Assembly: GCA_949358305.1 (NCBI GenBank)
Contig: OX442314.1
Location: 14,694,001-14,758,000 of the forward strand
Length of the DNA stretch: 64,000 nt
Source: Strigamia acuminata
Taxonomy: Eukaryota
Direction: 5' to 3'
Below the pieces are notes generated by a model. It was given only the letters and a program-made list of their open reading frames with translations, was not told where the DNA came from and did no database searches. Of the stretch, positions 41,465 to 53,788 are shown piece after piece. Positions within the stretch are counted from its first letter, which is position 1, and each line of letters opens with the position of its first letter. The translations under genes were made by a program, and so were the position numbers.

Positions 41465-43980
41465 TATTACAGACACTTAATTTCGCCGAAAATCATACAA
41501 TTGATTCAACCGAAGACTCCGATGACGTAAACGACTCAAACACAGTTCGGGAAAGAAGCCTAACTCCCGATAGTTTGGATGAGGTGACCACAAATGGCTG
41601 TGCATTGCTAAAATCACGGCGAATCGGACAAGCATCGCCCACGACTCCAACAAATCTGTTTGCACGGAGTAAACTATCACCACTCGCAGGCCCGCGAAGT
41701 TTATACGGCAAAAATATGGATTTTGGTGCTTTGAGTGATCTGTGGGGTGCCTCGACGGACAGTATTACTTTCGTATTCCTGGGTCCCGCCGCTAATTTTG
41801 GCCAAGAAGGTTTATTTACGAGGAACCTCAGGAGTCCTAAGTCTCCAGGAAGATGCAACCCGTGGAAATTGAAGCACGAGTCATTGTTACCTCGATCGAT
41901 CTCGTTAGACTGCATCAACGGAATGGTGCAGTACAGTTTGACGACGCGAGCAACTTCCATGGAGTCGATGATTCCTGAAGATTTGATGAACGTTGTGGAA
42001 AAAGGACGTTTGCACGGCATCGATTTGGAGGAGATGAGGGGCGATCGCACGCCGGTCGAGATTTATGGCGAGTCGACGTCGCCGGATTTGTGTCGTGCCT
42101 TAAAATATTATTCGCATTCCAAGAACAATTCTTTCTTGATGCCTTCGAGGGCTTTCAGTCAGGGGTCAGTGGTGGAAACTCCGGTTAGTTGTAAGAAATC
42201 ACTGGCTTTTGAGCGAAAGACAAAGAAAAGCGTTTCGTGGAGCGATTTGAGTGGACATGAGCTGGCAATGGAGGAAGGTTCTACGTCGAAACAGCGAAAC
42301 AATATGCGCGACATCAAACCGATAATCAAAAAAGTCGAGTCCAATATTTATGTTCATCCGGATTACGTCCCCAACAGTTGCGACTACACGGAGACCGATG
42401 CCGAAGAGGATTTGAAGAAGTGTGCACTGTTTACTAAGATTCAAAAGAAGCGAAATCCGAGCGCGTGGGTAATTGCACCTCAAACTCAGACGTTCGCGTT
42501 GAAGCTACCGGACCATGTGAAAGCGAGGATCAAGCCGGCGCCACCGAACGATAAAAAAGTTGAAAATGAAATCGATACGGCGCCATCGGCGTTGGAAAAA
42601 TCAAATTTAAGTGCAATGTGCGAAGTTGGGTCAAAGTCGTTCCCTGCGGTGCCAGCACTGAAGGAGACCACTCATGACGATGTACAGAAACCTCCGTTCG
42701 CGCAAATGGTGGAGAAACTGTTAGCCAACAAGGAGATTGTCGAGGAGGTTCAAAGAATGGACGGTTTAAATCAATTAAATAATAACATGAAAAATGCAAA
42801 TTTTGTGGTACCGTCTTCGGACTACGATTGGGCGAGGTTATCGGTGATATTATCGGAGGCGAGTGTTTTTTTTCAACAACTTAGTACGTTTTGTGCTAAC
42901 AGGACGGAATTAGTTGCTCAGAAATCGGATCAACATGCTTTAATAGACGGACACAAAACGCTCGAGTGTAGAGACATTGAAACTCAAACGAACGATGTGA
43001 GAAACAAAATGGATTCTGCCACCGTTATGGATAATTTTCCGCCCAGTTGGACGAATTTATCTTCGATTTCCGACGCGATAAACGAGAAAAAAAATCCTTC
43101 ATGCTACAAAACGAGCAAGGACGAATCCAAAGTGGACAGCGCCGTTCAAGTTGACACGTTGCGAACGAATCGGAGCAGTTTGGGATACAGATTCAAATGT
43201 AAAAGGCGGCGAGAAGCGTGTTTGAAGAAAGAACTCGAGATTCTCACTCAAGAAAAAGGACGCATAGTCAAAGCGCTCGACAGATGCCACCAACAAAATG
43301 GCTACTCAAACGGGAACAGCACCGAAGATGTGACCACCACGGAAGACGAGTTATCGCCGCCAGACAACCCCGATTACCTTCTCTCGTACCAAGCGAGATT
43401 AGAAACGGCTTGTAGTCGAGTGGTACACAAATTAGACAAATTAAAGGAATCTAAAGAACCCGAATCACATAGTTCGACAACAAATAGTTCTATATTAAAT
43501 TCACCTTTGTCATATTCCACCGAATATTTGCCTATGATACAGCAAAATAACGTCGACACTTTAAACCGTTTTGGATGCAGTCAGAAAAATGGACTTAGAA
43601 AACACTGGCAGCATAAACAATCACACAGTAGTAGTAGCTCCTTGTCATTGTCTTCTACTAAATCGCAATCTTTGGACTATGTGAAACCTCAAGAATATTG
43701 CTCGCAATTGATAAATATACGTAGGAATGTAGTGGCGGCGTCGAGAAATACGTCGTTGCCTGGCAAGACGTTAAATGCAGAGAGCTCGAAGAGTGTAATG
43801 GAAGACACATCGTCTGATTTACCACTTGGAAATACAGCCAAGGATATTGAGAATCTTCTTTGGGAATGTCAAGCTGCTAGACATCGAGCTCAGCATGAAA
43901 TTGAGTTGGCGCAAGAACAACTTAAAAGCCAAAAAGTGGCTGTTCAAAATTTAGCTTCGGTTTTGCAGCAAAAAGTGTGA
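28465..43980 (+). CDS. STARD9: Kinesin-3 motor protein, STARD9/KIF16A-like, about 2765 aa, 24 exons (possibly one more short terminal exon at 44060-44095)
   Basis: Exons 28465-28511, 28829-28898, 28975-29085, 31654-31770, 33169-33201, 33393-33454, 33530-33645, 33708-33777, 33866-33938, 34006-34073, 34141-34238, 34315-34503, 34566-34663, 34726-34803, 34883-34951, 35039-35098, 35159-35278, 35352-35400, 35611-35748, 35813-35898, 35972-36342, 37651-37763, 37844-41389, 41465-43980; phases join into one ORF. Motifs: [12 protein letters not shown] start, P-loop GQSGSGKT, switch I HSRSSRSH, switch [31 protein letters not shown], and an FHA domain (about 35159-35898). His replacing Asn in switch I, a short loop 11, a Ser-rich loop-12 insert and giant disordered exons point to STARD9 rather than KIF16B. 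Kinesin-3 is certain; the subfamily assignment is from recall. Confidence 0.82.
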
Positions 43981-44579
43981 TTTTTTTATTTTTAAATTTT
44001 ACAAATACTTTTCAAAAATCGTTTTCAATTTGTTAATGTCCGTTTTTTTTTTTTAGTAGCGACAAATGTTATTTGATCTAGTCGTGTCTACTTGAGCAAT
44101 ACTGTTAATTTTTAAGCAGTTTTTTGTTTTTTGTTTTAAATTTAGTAATATAAAAGGAATTTAAATTTAATGACTTTGTTCTTTTGAATTCTGATGTTAC
44201 TTATACCGTACTGTTAAACCAAAGAAGTTTAAACAAAAATATGTACAAAAAGAAATACTTAAAAAGAATATCATCTTTGATCACGTTTTTATTAAACCTT
44301 AACTTTTAAAAAGATCACTTGTCACTGTTTAGTGTGTGTAGTATGTCATTTAATTAAGTTAAAATAATTTTTTGTTGATTGATTGTGAAAAAAACTCTTT
44401 TTAGTGCGTCACATTGTGACGTTGTTCATTGTGTTTTAATGAACATTTCCTCCGAATTTTTTAAATAAACGATGAGGCAAATATATGTTTCTTTTACATA
44501 TTTATTCACATCTCGGCTTTAAATAATCAAAATATAATCAAAATACAAAATAATCTTCAAAAAAAACCCTTTTTCAAAA

Positions 44580-45184
44580 TTAAAGTGATTGGGTAGCTTT
44601 GCCCTTAATGGTTTTTCCTTTAGTTGCTTTCTTGTCTCGTTTCTTTAACGAATCCATATTTCCTTTGAGCACACTGGCATACGCCTGGGAATAAGCAAAA
44701 TCAAGTAAGTCATAACGAATGATTATTAAGGTCAACAAACAACGTACCAACTGGAATTTATTGATGTCCTTGGCATGGATCTGTTAATGAGCACAAAATA
44801 ATCATAATCTGTGGCAGGTGTTAAAAATATTTTTCATACCACTGTGCTTATTTTCTTATTTCCCAATTTTGCTCTAATTAAACATTTATACTCGGAAGGA
44901 GGTGAGGGTAAATTCCTGGGTGTTTTAGAAACCGGTTTTGATCTACCGTCGTCTAAGATTGAAAAAAAAAAAAGTGAAAACACGTCAACACGACACAAAT
45001 CAAATCCATATTTACATCTTTTCATGGTTATGCTCAGAGATCCTGTCTGTCTAGACTTTTGGAACAGTCGTGTAAGTTCGCTCAAAAACTAAGAAGAGAA
45101 AATTATTGTTGAATTAAATGTGTTTTGCAATTAATATTGCTGTTAAGTGTGAATACTAACGGTGTCGTTTTCCAAAATCGCCAT
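44580..45184 (-). CDS. SRP14: Signal recognition particle 14 kDa protein, 115 aa, 5 exons
   Basis: Exons 45184-45161, 45088-45016, 44952-44840, 44780-44748, 44684-44580 give MAILENDTFLSELTRLFQKSRQTGSLSITMKRYDGRSKP...KCLIRAKLGNKKISTVIHAKDINKFQLAYASVLKGNMDSLKKRDKK..., the SRP14 signature. Confidence 0.96.
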
Positions 45185-45279
45185 CTTGGATTTGGAAGTG
45201 TAAGTCTGTTGCTAGCTCACAATCATCTTCCGCTTTTTTTCTAGCAACAGAATAAAACTCCTTCTCGGATCAAATGAAA
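45185..45279. promoter_or_regulatory. Very compact bidirectional promoter/5'UTR region for SRP14 and SAE1
   Basis: Divergent ATGs only about 90-95 bp apart; contains an 11-bp perfect inverted repeat, TCTGTTGCTAG (45205-45215) and CTAGCAACAGA (45241-45251). Confidence 0.75.
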
Positions 45280-46764
45280 ATGGCGGAACTTTCAACACAG
45301 ATTAGTGAAGACGAAGCAGCTTTGTACGATAGACAAATTCGTTTGTGGGGTTTAGATGCGCAGAAAAAGTTTGTACAGAATGAAACACGAATATACAATT
45401 TAAATTAATTCATGAACTTTATTTCAGACTACGAACCTGTCGAGTTTTATTGGTCGGAGTGAAAGGACTAGGAGCAGAAGTAGCTAAAAATCTCATTTTA
45501 GCTGGTATAAAATCTTTAACACTCTTAGATAGTGAAAATGTAATATAACATTTGATTTATTTAACGTCATAAATGTTTGAAATACGTATTTTTTTTATTA
45601 AAGGTTTCCGCGGAAGATTTATGCGCTCAGTTTTTCGTGCTGGCGCCTCAAATTGGACAAAACGTATTGATATTTTGAAATTTTGTTGTTGTTGAAATTT
45701 TATTTGTTTGTTTTTATACGTAGCGGGCTGTTTCGTCCGTCGCACAAGCCCAGCAATTAAATCCTATGGTCGATGTGACTGCAGATTCAGAAAGTCTTTC
45801 GCAAAAAGCAGATGATTTTTTATTAAACTTTGATGTCGTGATTATGACAAACTCGACGAAAGAAGACATGATTCGAGTTGACAATTTCTGTCGCAAAAAT
45901 GAATTGAAATTTTTTGCTGGAGATGTGTTTGGATTTTTCGGGTTTTCATTTGAAGATTTGCATAATTACACGTTTGTTGAGTGAGTAGTGTTTTCAAATT
46001 ATAAATCCAGGTTTTGAAAACAATTATTTGCAGAGAAATTAAAGGATATTTTGATGAAAATGATACAAAGCAGAAAGAACAACAAACGAAATTCATTAAA
46101 AAAGTAAACAATTTTTATTCTTTAATTAAAATAAATATGTAAAATAATATTCTGATTACATTTTTCAGACATTGAAGTTCACAAGTTTAGAAGATGCACT
46201 GGAAAAGGATTGGTCTAGTGAAGATTGTTCGCATCAATTGAAGAATTTATCCAGCTCGTACTTAATTTTACGGAGTAATTGGTTGCATGTAATGATTAAA
46301 TTATTTACGAAGATTTACAGTATTTTTGTTTTAGCTCTACTACAATTTCGTTCCACGAAAGGTTACAGACCCTCATTAAACAGCAGCAATGAAGATTCAA
46401 CTAACTTATGCAGTTTAAACGATCAGTTATTAGAGAAGATTGGCATCAGCAAAGATCGTGTCAACACCAAAATATTTTGGTTTGTGTTAAAAAACAAATT
46501 AATTGGTTGTTTAATTAACTCTCTATTTATTTTAAAAGGTCCGTATTTGCAGAACTCAGTCCGGTATGCGCAGTTGTTGGTGGAGTTTTAGCACAGGAAG
46601 TTATCAAAGTAAGTGATTGAACGTTTTCAGTCATTTTAAAAGTTGATTCGATTTTTTTTCTTTTTTTACAGGCAATTTCATGCAAGGATACTCCACACAA
46701 CAATTTTTTCTTTTATAATGCTGAAGAGGACAGTGGAATTGTTGAGTTTATCGGAAACAATTGA
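45280..46764 (+). CDS. SAE1: SUMO-activating enzyme subunit 1 (Aos1), 9 exons
   Basis: Exons 45280 (or in-frame ATG 45274)-45368, 45428-45539, 45604-45663, 45724-45980, 46034-46103, 46169-46274, 46335-46479, 46539-46608, 46672-46764. Motifs ISEDEAALYDRQIRLWGLDAQKKL, GLGAEVAKNLILAGIKSLTLLD, LNPMVDV and ELSPVCAVVGGVLAQEVIKAISCKDTPHNNFFFY. Confidence 0.95.
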
Positions 46765-47256
46765 AGCAATTTATCCATTATCAGACAGTAAATTATTCAA
46801 TCATTCATTTTTCATATTTGGATTGGTTATATCGTTTGTAAAATTACATAAAATACACTGAAAACAGCATTATTGTTTGTCCATTTTTGTAATTAAAAAG
46901 AAAATTTCGAATAAAAGTTTGTCACAAAATTGAGAAGATTTTCTTAGTTTTTTCCTAAAATAACAACCGTGAACATTCGGAATTTATAAAATAAAGAGGA
47001 AAATAATATTTAATAAAAGATAAAATTTAATTTAAAATAATTGAACAATAATCAGTGAAAATACATCCAAGAAATAATTATTTTTAAATAGCTAGTGAGA
47101 CTTTAAAAAAAAATAAAAAAAACAATCTCACGTTTTAGATTCTGGTTTTACAGACATTCAACTCAAAAAACTATTCCTCAATTAAAACAGGAAACATTAA
47201 TTTCATTTTTTAAAACTGAAATGATGGCCATTGGCGATTTAAAATGTGAATCTGGT

Positions 47257-47270
47257 CACGAGATGGCGCT
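47257..47270 (+). promoter_or_regulatory. CTCF-like motif between SAE1 and formin
   Basis: CACGAGATGGCGCT resembles the CCACNAGRTGGCGC core; YY1-type ATGGCG is an alternative reading. Confidence 0.4.
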
Positions 47271-47874
47271 TGTTAGACAGAAATGTTGTCATCGCTCCTT
47301 TGGTTTGTTTTTTCTTCTTATTATTACAATAGTTAATGGACTTATTTAGGTAATAGAAACCACTTGAATTTACATAACTTTCCTCAAATTAAATTTACTA
47401 GTTACTTTCAGCATAGAATAACTTTGGACATCAACTTAACATATCAAGAGGGATTTATTCACACCGTAATTATACATCTCAAATGCTCAAACCCATAATT
47501 AATACATCTGTTGTGTGTGTGTGCTGAATTGTTCGGGTTAATATTCGCTTAGGTCCGTCTATATAATTACTCCGTGATCTTTCCGTTTGCAACTACTGCT
47601 ATTCGAAAGTCGAAAGTTGTATATTCAACATGGACGTGTAAGCAGACTACAAAAATATTGATTTTTACCTCGTGAATGGTGAGTGCGCTTGCGCTTTCTC
47701 TGCCGAGCAGTTTTAATTTATATATACACGCAATTAAATAAAAACAATTTGCACAAACTTAATTTGAAACTTTTTTTTTTATACAGTTAAACTCTCATAG
47801 AACTCTCATCAAGAATTCATGCCACTCACAACCTTCAGGTCAACAACACTCACGATTAATTTTTTTTCCTCCTG

Positions 47875-50800
47875 ATGTTTCAAGAAGCCCGCGACGTTCC
47901 AGTATCGCCCGGTGCACGCGATGAGGCGGGGGCCCTGGAAACTCTTTACCAGGATTCCTGGAACCAGGATTTCACCGACTGCTTGTATTGGAAGGTTGAA
48001 TTACCAGACATACACCAAGAAATTGGACGTTTTTTTAATGAAAATGGCACCGAATCCCACAAATCTACACTAGAAAATAAGGAAAAAAAGCCGGTCAAAT
48101 GTACCGTTGATAAACTGTACGAATTGAACCACTGCGGTGACAAATTTGCAGACCCCTACTCGTCCTTGCAGGGACACTTGACCAAAGGTTTGAAAAGACG
48201 TTTGAGTGATGTTGGTTACGAGTTGGTTACGGCAATTCCCGTTTTAACTACCACAGATGAAGAGAATAATCACAATAACAACAAAACATTATTCGAATGG
48301 GAAGAGAATGAAGAAAATTGCATTTTCAACTTCAGTCAACCTGTAAAAAACAAAGAATTATCAAACAGCGTACAATTACCCGACTTTGTTTCGTCCTGCC
48401 AAGAATTTGAAATGGGTAACCTGCAATCAGGCGACAACAAGAAACACAAGGGGCTGCTGAAGGAAGCGAAGGAGAAAGAGAAAGGGAGTCCCCGACTTCG
48501 ACGCATGTTCCATCGGGACAGTGATGTCAGCCGAAGCGGTAAAGCGGAAAGGGGGAGTGTGCGAGTGTCGAGCGGATATTCGAGGCCACCACCACCATCG
48601 AAATTCAGCCAGGTGAAACAGCTTGGTTCGTCTGACGGGCAAGCTCCACTGGTGACAGCCGAGGACATAGTTTCGAGCAAGGAAACGCTCAGTTCTGACT
48701 CGTTAACGAACGAGTCCCACAGACAAAACGCTCGGAATGCCGTGTCCACGAGTGCGTCTTACGAAACACCTCCTAGTGGCGGCATGTCGTTCGAATCGGT
48801 GTTTTTCGAACCGACAGATGTCGTGGCACCCGGTGCAGCCAACCATTTGATACTCGCGATGCCACTCTACCTGGAGACACACCTGGATGCCCACAGCCCA
48901 CATGAGGATTCGACCTTAAAGGGCTCTTCCATCGGCAGCAGTTGTGACATTTTGACGAGTGACACTCTTGAAATCAGAGATATTGATGTGACGTTCATGC
49001 CGATCGAGTTCAAGAGCGAGACGTCGTTGAAGAAGTCCGAGTTTGACACTTCGTCGTTCATTACGTCGGGAGAGTCGGCGAGTGGCCGTGCGTCGGCCGA
49101 CGATTTTGATATTAATGACAGTTGTTCGCTGGATTTTGTTAGCCAATCTTCGATTAGCGAGCGCTTAGAAAATGGAAAAGGGATCAGTCAGTCGCCGTCG
49201 TTTACGATTTCGAGGCACAAGAAGATCGAGTTGCAACCTACGAAATTCAGCGCACCGTGCACGCCTGTCAAATTAGTCAGCAGCAGTCATGAACATTTGT
49301 TGGACGAAAAGGAGTCTCGCCATCGACGGTATTCGTCAATTAGTGACATGCCGATTACGGAACAAAGTAACGTGTTGAGGAAAGTTGCATCACTCACTTT
49401 GGATAAGCAAACTATCGAAGAGAAAGTATCCAAACCGAAATTTGTACCGGAGAAACTGGATTTTAAAATATATGAAAAATTTGAAGGTTGAAATACAAAT
49501 ATATTTATTTAAAAATATATATATATGTTTTATATTGTTTTTTAAATTTATTTTACAGGTCAAATGTTAATTAATTGGTACTGCTCGGCGTTTACGGAGG
49601 ATCACTACTTACATTATCTTTTATCCAAACAAGATCTTAAGATTTTGGCTACTCAATTTTGTACTTATTTATTGGCTGCCGGAGTGTTGCAGCAAATAGA
49701 AGACATCGAAGCGCCGTGTGAATCGCTATTTAGGGTATGTTATTGATAAAATTAAGTTAAACTGGAGTTTTTATTCTTATTTTTTTACAGCCCGATCTTA
49801 TGTATTATTGGACTCATTCCGAAGTTCCTACATTGTCAACACCTTTACCTGGTAAATTAAACACTCATCTATGGCCGCCACCTCACTCAAGCACGGAAAG
49901 TGTTTCCAGAGATGCTAGTTTAAAATACACGGAAGCAGGTTGGAAAATAAAATAAAATAAAGTTATACACTATACAATAATAATATATTTTTAAAAGTAT
50001 CTACTGATGATATATCCGGAGGTACAGCTTGAAATATTGTTTATTTGTTGGAATTTTTATTTTTATTTTATAAAATGTTATTTTTTTATTATTTTTATTT
50101 TTTAAATTATTTTTTAAATTAAATTTTAGACTTACAAGCTGTGATGCTGGGACTACAAAAGGAGAGAACAGAAACTGTTGATGACTACGAGGTAATTTTC
50201 CAAAGTTGTTGTGGGTATAAATTAGCGAATTGAGTCAGAGTTCAGTGATGCGCGTAATTACAATTTGCGCACACTATTTAAGTAGTTTTAATTGGGTCAT
50301 TGTGTTGTATTTGTTCAGAAACGACATGAAGCTGCTATTGATAACATTCGAACCGATTACAGCAAGATGCTCGGCGACTGTGAAGACAAGATAAGAAAGC
50401 TGGAGCGGGAAGTTGAAAAATATCAAACTCTGAACGACATCCAAGCGCTTACTGAACGAGTTCAAGCCGACTTTGCCATTGATGAGTCATCGAATGTCAA
50501 TTTGTCACACGACCGTCCACCACCACCACCACCACCTTTACCGTCTGAAGACGGAACTCCAGGACCACCTCCACCACCACCACCACCTCCGTTTCCGATC
50601 CTTTCATCCGATGCTTTTGCTCCACCACCACCACCACCACCTCCACCTCTCGTACCTTTGATTGGACCTCCACCACCGCCACCACCTCCACCACCTCCAC
50701 CTTTTGTTGGAGGGGGACCACCGCCGCCGCCTCCACCACCACCACCTAATGCCGGAGGTGGGCCGCCGCCACCTCCTATGCCCGGTGTACCAATGCCTCC

Positions 50801-53121
50801 TCTTCTGCCACCAGGTTCTGGAATTCCTTCTCCCCCATCAGGTAATTTTCCATCTTCACCAAAATCAATTCACACTAATGGACCAGCGCCATTGCCACCT
50901 CCACCTATTGGGGGATGGTTTACACCGCCAGTAGTTCGTAAGTCATGTTAAAATGTGGATAATTGAGTACTTATGTTTATTTTTAATTTTATCTTATACA
51001 GCGCTTCGGAAACAGCCAATTACTCCAAAAACAGCTATGAAACCATTATTTTGGAGTAGGATACAAATAATTGAGGATGCAGTGTGAGTTTATATACATT
51101 TGATGAATTTTTTTTTAATTTTATTAATTTTTATTTTTTTGGTAAATTTTTTTGTTTGTAGTAAACCGGAATCGAGTGAACAATCGTTTTGGAAAAAATT
51201 AGAAGAAGCTCCGTTAAGCAGTTGGGATGATTTTGTAGATTTGTTTTCTAGACAAGTGATTGAGAAAAAGCCCATGGCTAAAAAAGTGACCAAAGCTACG
51301 AAAAAAAAGGTATATACTGCAGGATAATTAATTTTTAGGTGTTGAGAATATCTTTTAACTGTAAATTGTTATTTTAGGCGGCTAAAATTCTTGACAGTAA
51401 AAGGTCTCAAATGGTTGGCATTTTGGTTTCGAGTTTACATTTGGAGATTTCCGAGGTGGAAAATGGTGAATTATAACTTTAGTTGTTGGTGTTATTGAAT
51501 GCTAATAGTTAATTTGTTGTTTGATAAAAAGCTGTTTATAATTTTGATACGTCTGTGCTGGATTTGGAGGCATTACAAAAAATATATGAAGCAGTAAGTT
51601 ATGATGAGATTCGTTGGATAAAGGCTTTGTATCTGACTTGTGAGTTATTTCGTGTTTACAGCGAGGTACTGCGGATGAAATAGTCGCAATCAAGGATCAC
51701 GTTGCAAAAAATCCAGAAGATCCTTTGGATAAGCCTGACCAGTTCGTTTTATGGGTTTTAATGGGAAATAAAAATTAATTAATACATTTTTTCTTTTCTA
51801 AATGTCAGATTTGTACATGATTTATCAAATATTCCTCATTTTGCCGATCGCATTTCTTGCTTCATGTTTCAGTCTTCATTTTCTGAAGGGATGGGTTCGA
51901 TTGAAAGTAGACTAAATAATTTGAAATTTCTTTGCCATGTGAGTAAAATAAGATAAAGTTTTCAAAAAAGATTACCAATGGTATGAAATAAATTTTTGTT
52001 TTTGTTTTTTCAACAGAGATTGATGACTGGTGAAAGTGTACAGAAAACATTTGGAATAATTTTAGCATTAGGAAATTATATGAATGGAGGAAATAGATCT
52101 AGGGGTCAAGCTGATGGTTTTGGATTGGAGATTTTATCAAAGTTAAAAGACGTGAAAAGCAAGGTAGTGCTTTTAATCGATTTTCTTTTTAAATTTTGCT
52201 TATTCCATTTGTTTTTACTTTAGGAAAACTCAATCACTCTACTTCATTATATAGTAAAGAAGTATATCGAAGAATTTGACTCGGAAAATGCTGGATCTGA
52301 TAAAGCGCAATTGCCGTTACCGGAACCATCAGACATCGAAAAAGCAGCACTTGTGAGATTCGAAGAAATAGAACAGGATTTAACAAAATTAAACAAAGAA
52401 CTAATCGGTATATTTACTGGTCACAACGTTGTTCAAGTTATCATTATTTTGTCTTTTTAAGAATGCGAAATGCGAACTGAGAAAATTATTGCAGCGACTG
52501 ATGAAGATCACTTACAACCGTTCAAAGACAACATGACGTTATTTTTGAGCAAAGGTAAATAATAAAGCGTTATAATTTGTAAACATCGATGCATTTTAGA
52601 GTTCTTTTTGCAGCGAAAGAAGAGCACTCGGAACAACAAGAGAATTTAGAAGAATGCAAACAAAAGTAACTAAATTTGTGTATGATTATTTACTAATAGA
52701 AATGAATAATGTTTATTGGTTTAATCTTTAGTTTTATTGAAGTTTTGTATTATTTTCAATGGAAAGGCAACATAAATGATACTCAACCCAAAGATTTCTT
52801 TTCCGTTTGGATTTTATTTTGCAATGATTTTAAAGAGATTTGGAAAAAGGAACAACAACGGATACTTAAGAAGCAGTGAGAAAAAATTACAATTTATGCA
52901 AGAGAACTTCTAGAGTCTAAAAATTATAATAATTAGATTGGAAGAAGCGCAAAAGAAAGTAAAGAAAATTAAAGAAGAAAAGATGGCTAATGTCACTCCT
53001 GTCAAGGCAAAGAAGTCGGGATTGGTGCGTCGAGTTTAATCTTCAGTAAAAGTGATTATTTGATTGTATTTTATTTTTTACTGTTTAGAAAGCTAAACTG
53101 TTAGCCAAAAGAAAAGAATAG
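47875..53121 (+). CDS. capu: Formin, Cappuccino/FMN subfamily (FH1-FH2, C-terminal FSI-like tail)
   Basis: Exons 47875-49486, 49559-49734, 49791-49938, (49998-50021 optional), 50130-50191, 50319-50937, 51002-51083, 51162-51309, 51378-51465, 51532-51593, 51662-51741, 51809-51938, 52017-52163, 52224-52407, 52462-52554, 52614-52665, 52732-52875, 52937-53024, 53089-53121. Poly-Pro FH1 at about 50515-50930; FH2 with MKPLFWSRI and [31 protein letters not shown]; basic tail [15 protein letters not shown] typical of FMN/Capu. No GBD/DAD region seen. Confidence 0.9.
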
Positions 53122-53788
53122 AGCAATTGCGAAGCAATACGTGACGTTTGATGGAAACTTGGGGACATTTTGCTTGAATTTACAAGTTTAACAACATTTG
53201 GAAGAATCTCAGGTGTTTTATTTTAATTATTTTATTTTGGTTTTAAATATTTTTATTTAAAGACATCTTTCCTTCTGAAATTTATTTTTGACGCATTTAA
53301 CGACAATTTCACCGTAAATACTTTGTCATTTACAAATCAGGATTTGTTTAATTATACGTTATTACCAAAGTCAAGTTAAAATGTTATTGTTTTTCATTAT
53401 TTTTTCTTTGTTTCGAAAAATGTGATATAGAAATGTTGGTTTGTATATAATACAATCAAAAGTGGTAATTTATACGATTTGTAAATAGATGGAAAAATTA
53501 AAAGCAAATAATTTTGTACTAAGTACAATTTTGTACTCTCGAATTCTGTACGAATTACTCGAAATTGCAGTAGATTGAAATGAATTTATTAAACTATGGA
53601 GAAATAAGTTAACAGTGTGGAAAAGAAATACAAACGAATTACGAAAAGATAATCTCAAATGCTTACAACGTTTTACGGTTTAGAATGATTGATTATATTA
53701 ATTACAATTATAAACCAATACATAACTCTACAAAAATTTAATTCTCAAATTAAATTAAATACGTCAATTTAACAGAAGTTCAACACCA

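Noticed and set aside
39033..43559. Numerous short minus-strand and alternative-frame ORFs within the kinesin giant exons
   Set aside because: Expected by-products of GC-richer coding sequence.
37867..43980. 1176-aa and 801-aa ORFs as independent genes
   Set aside because: Both start at non-ATG codons and are bounded by in-phase splice sites that join them to the kinesin gene.
47827..47845. TCACAACCT resembling the miR-67/307 seed
   Set aside because: The match is limited to 9 nt and there is no flanking hairpin.
50473..50934. His-rich and Val/Glu-rich ORFs at the formin FH1 region
   Set aside because: Alternative-frame and antisense readings of (CCA/CCT)n poly-proline codons.
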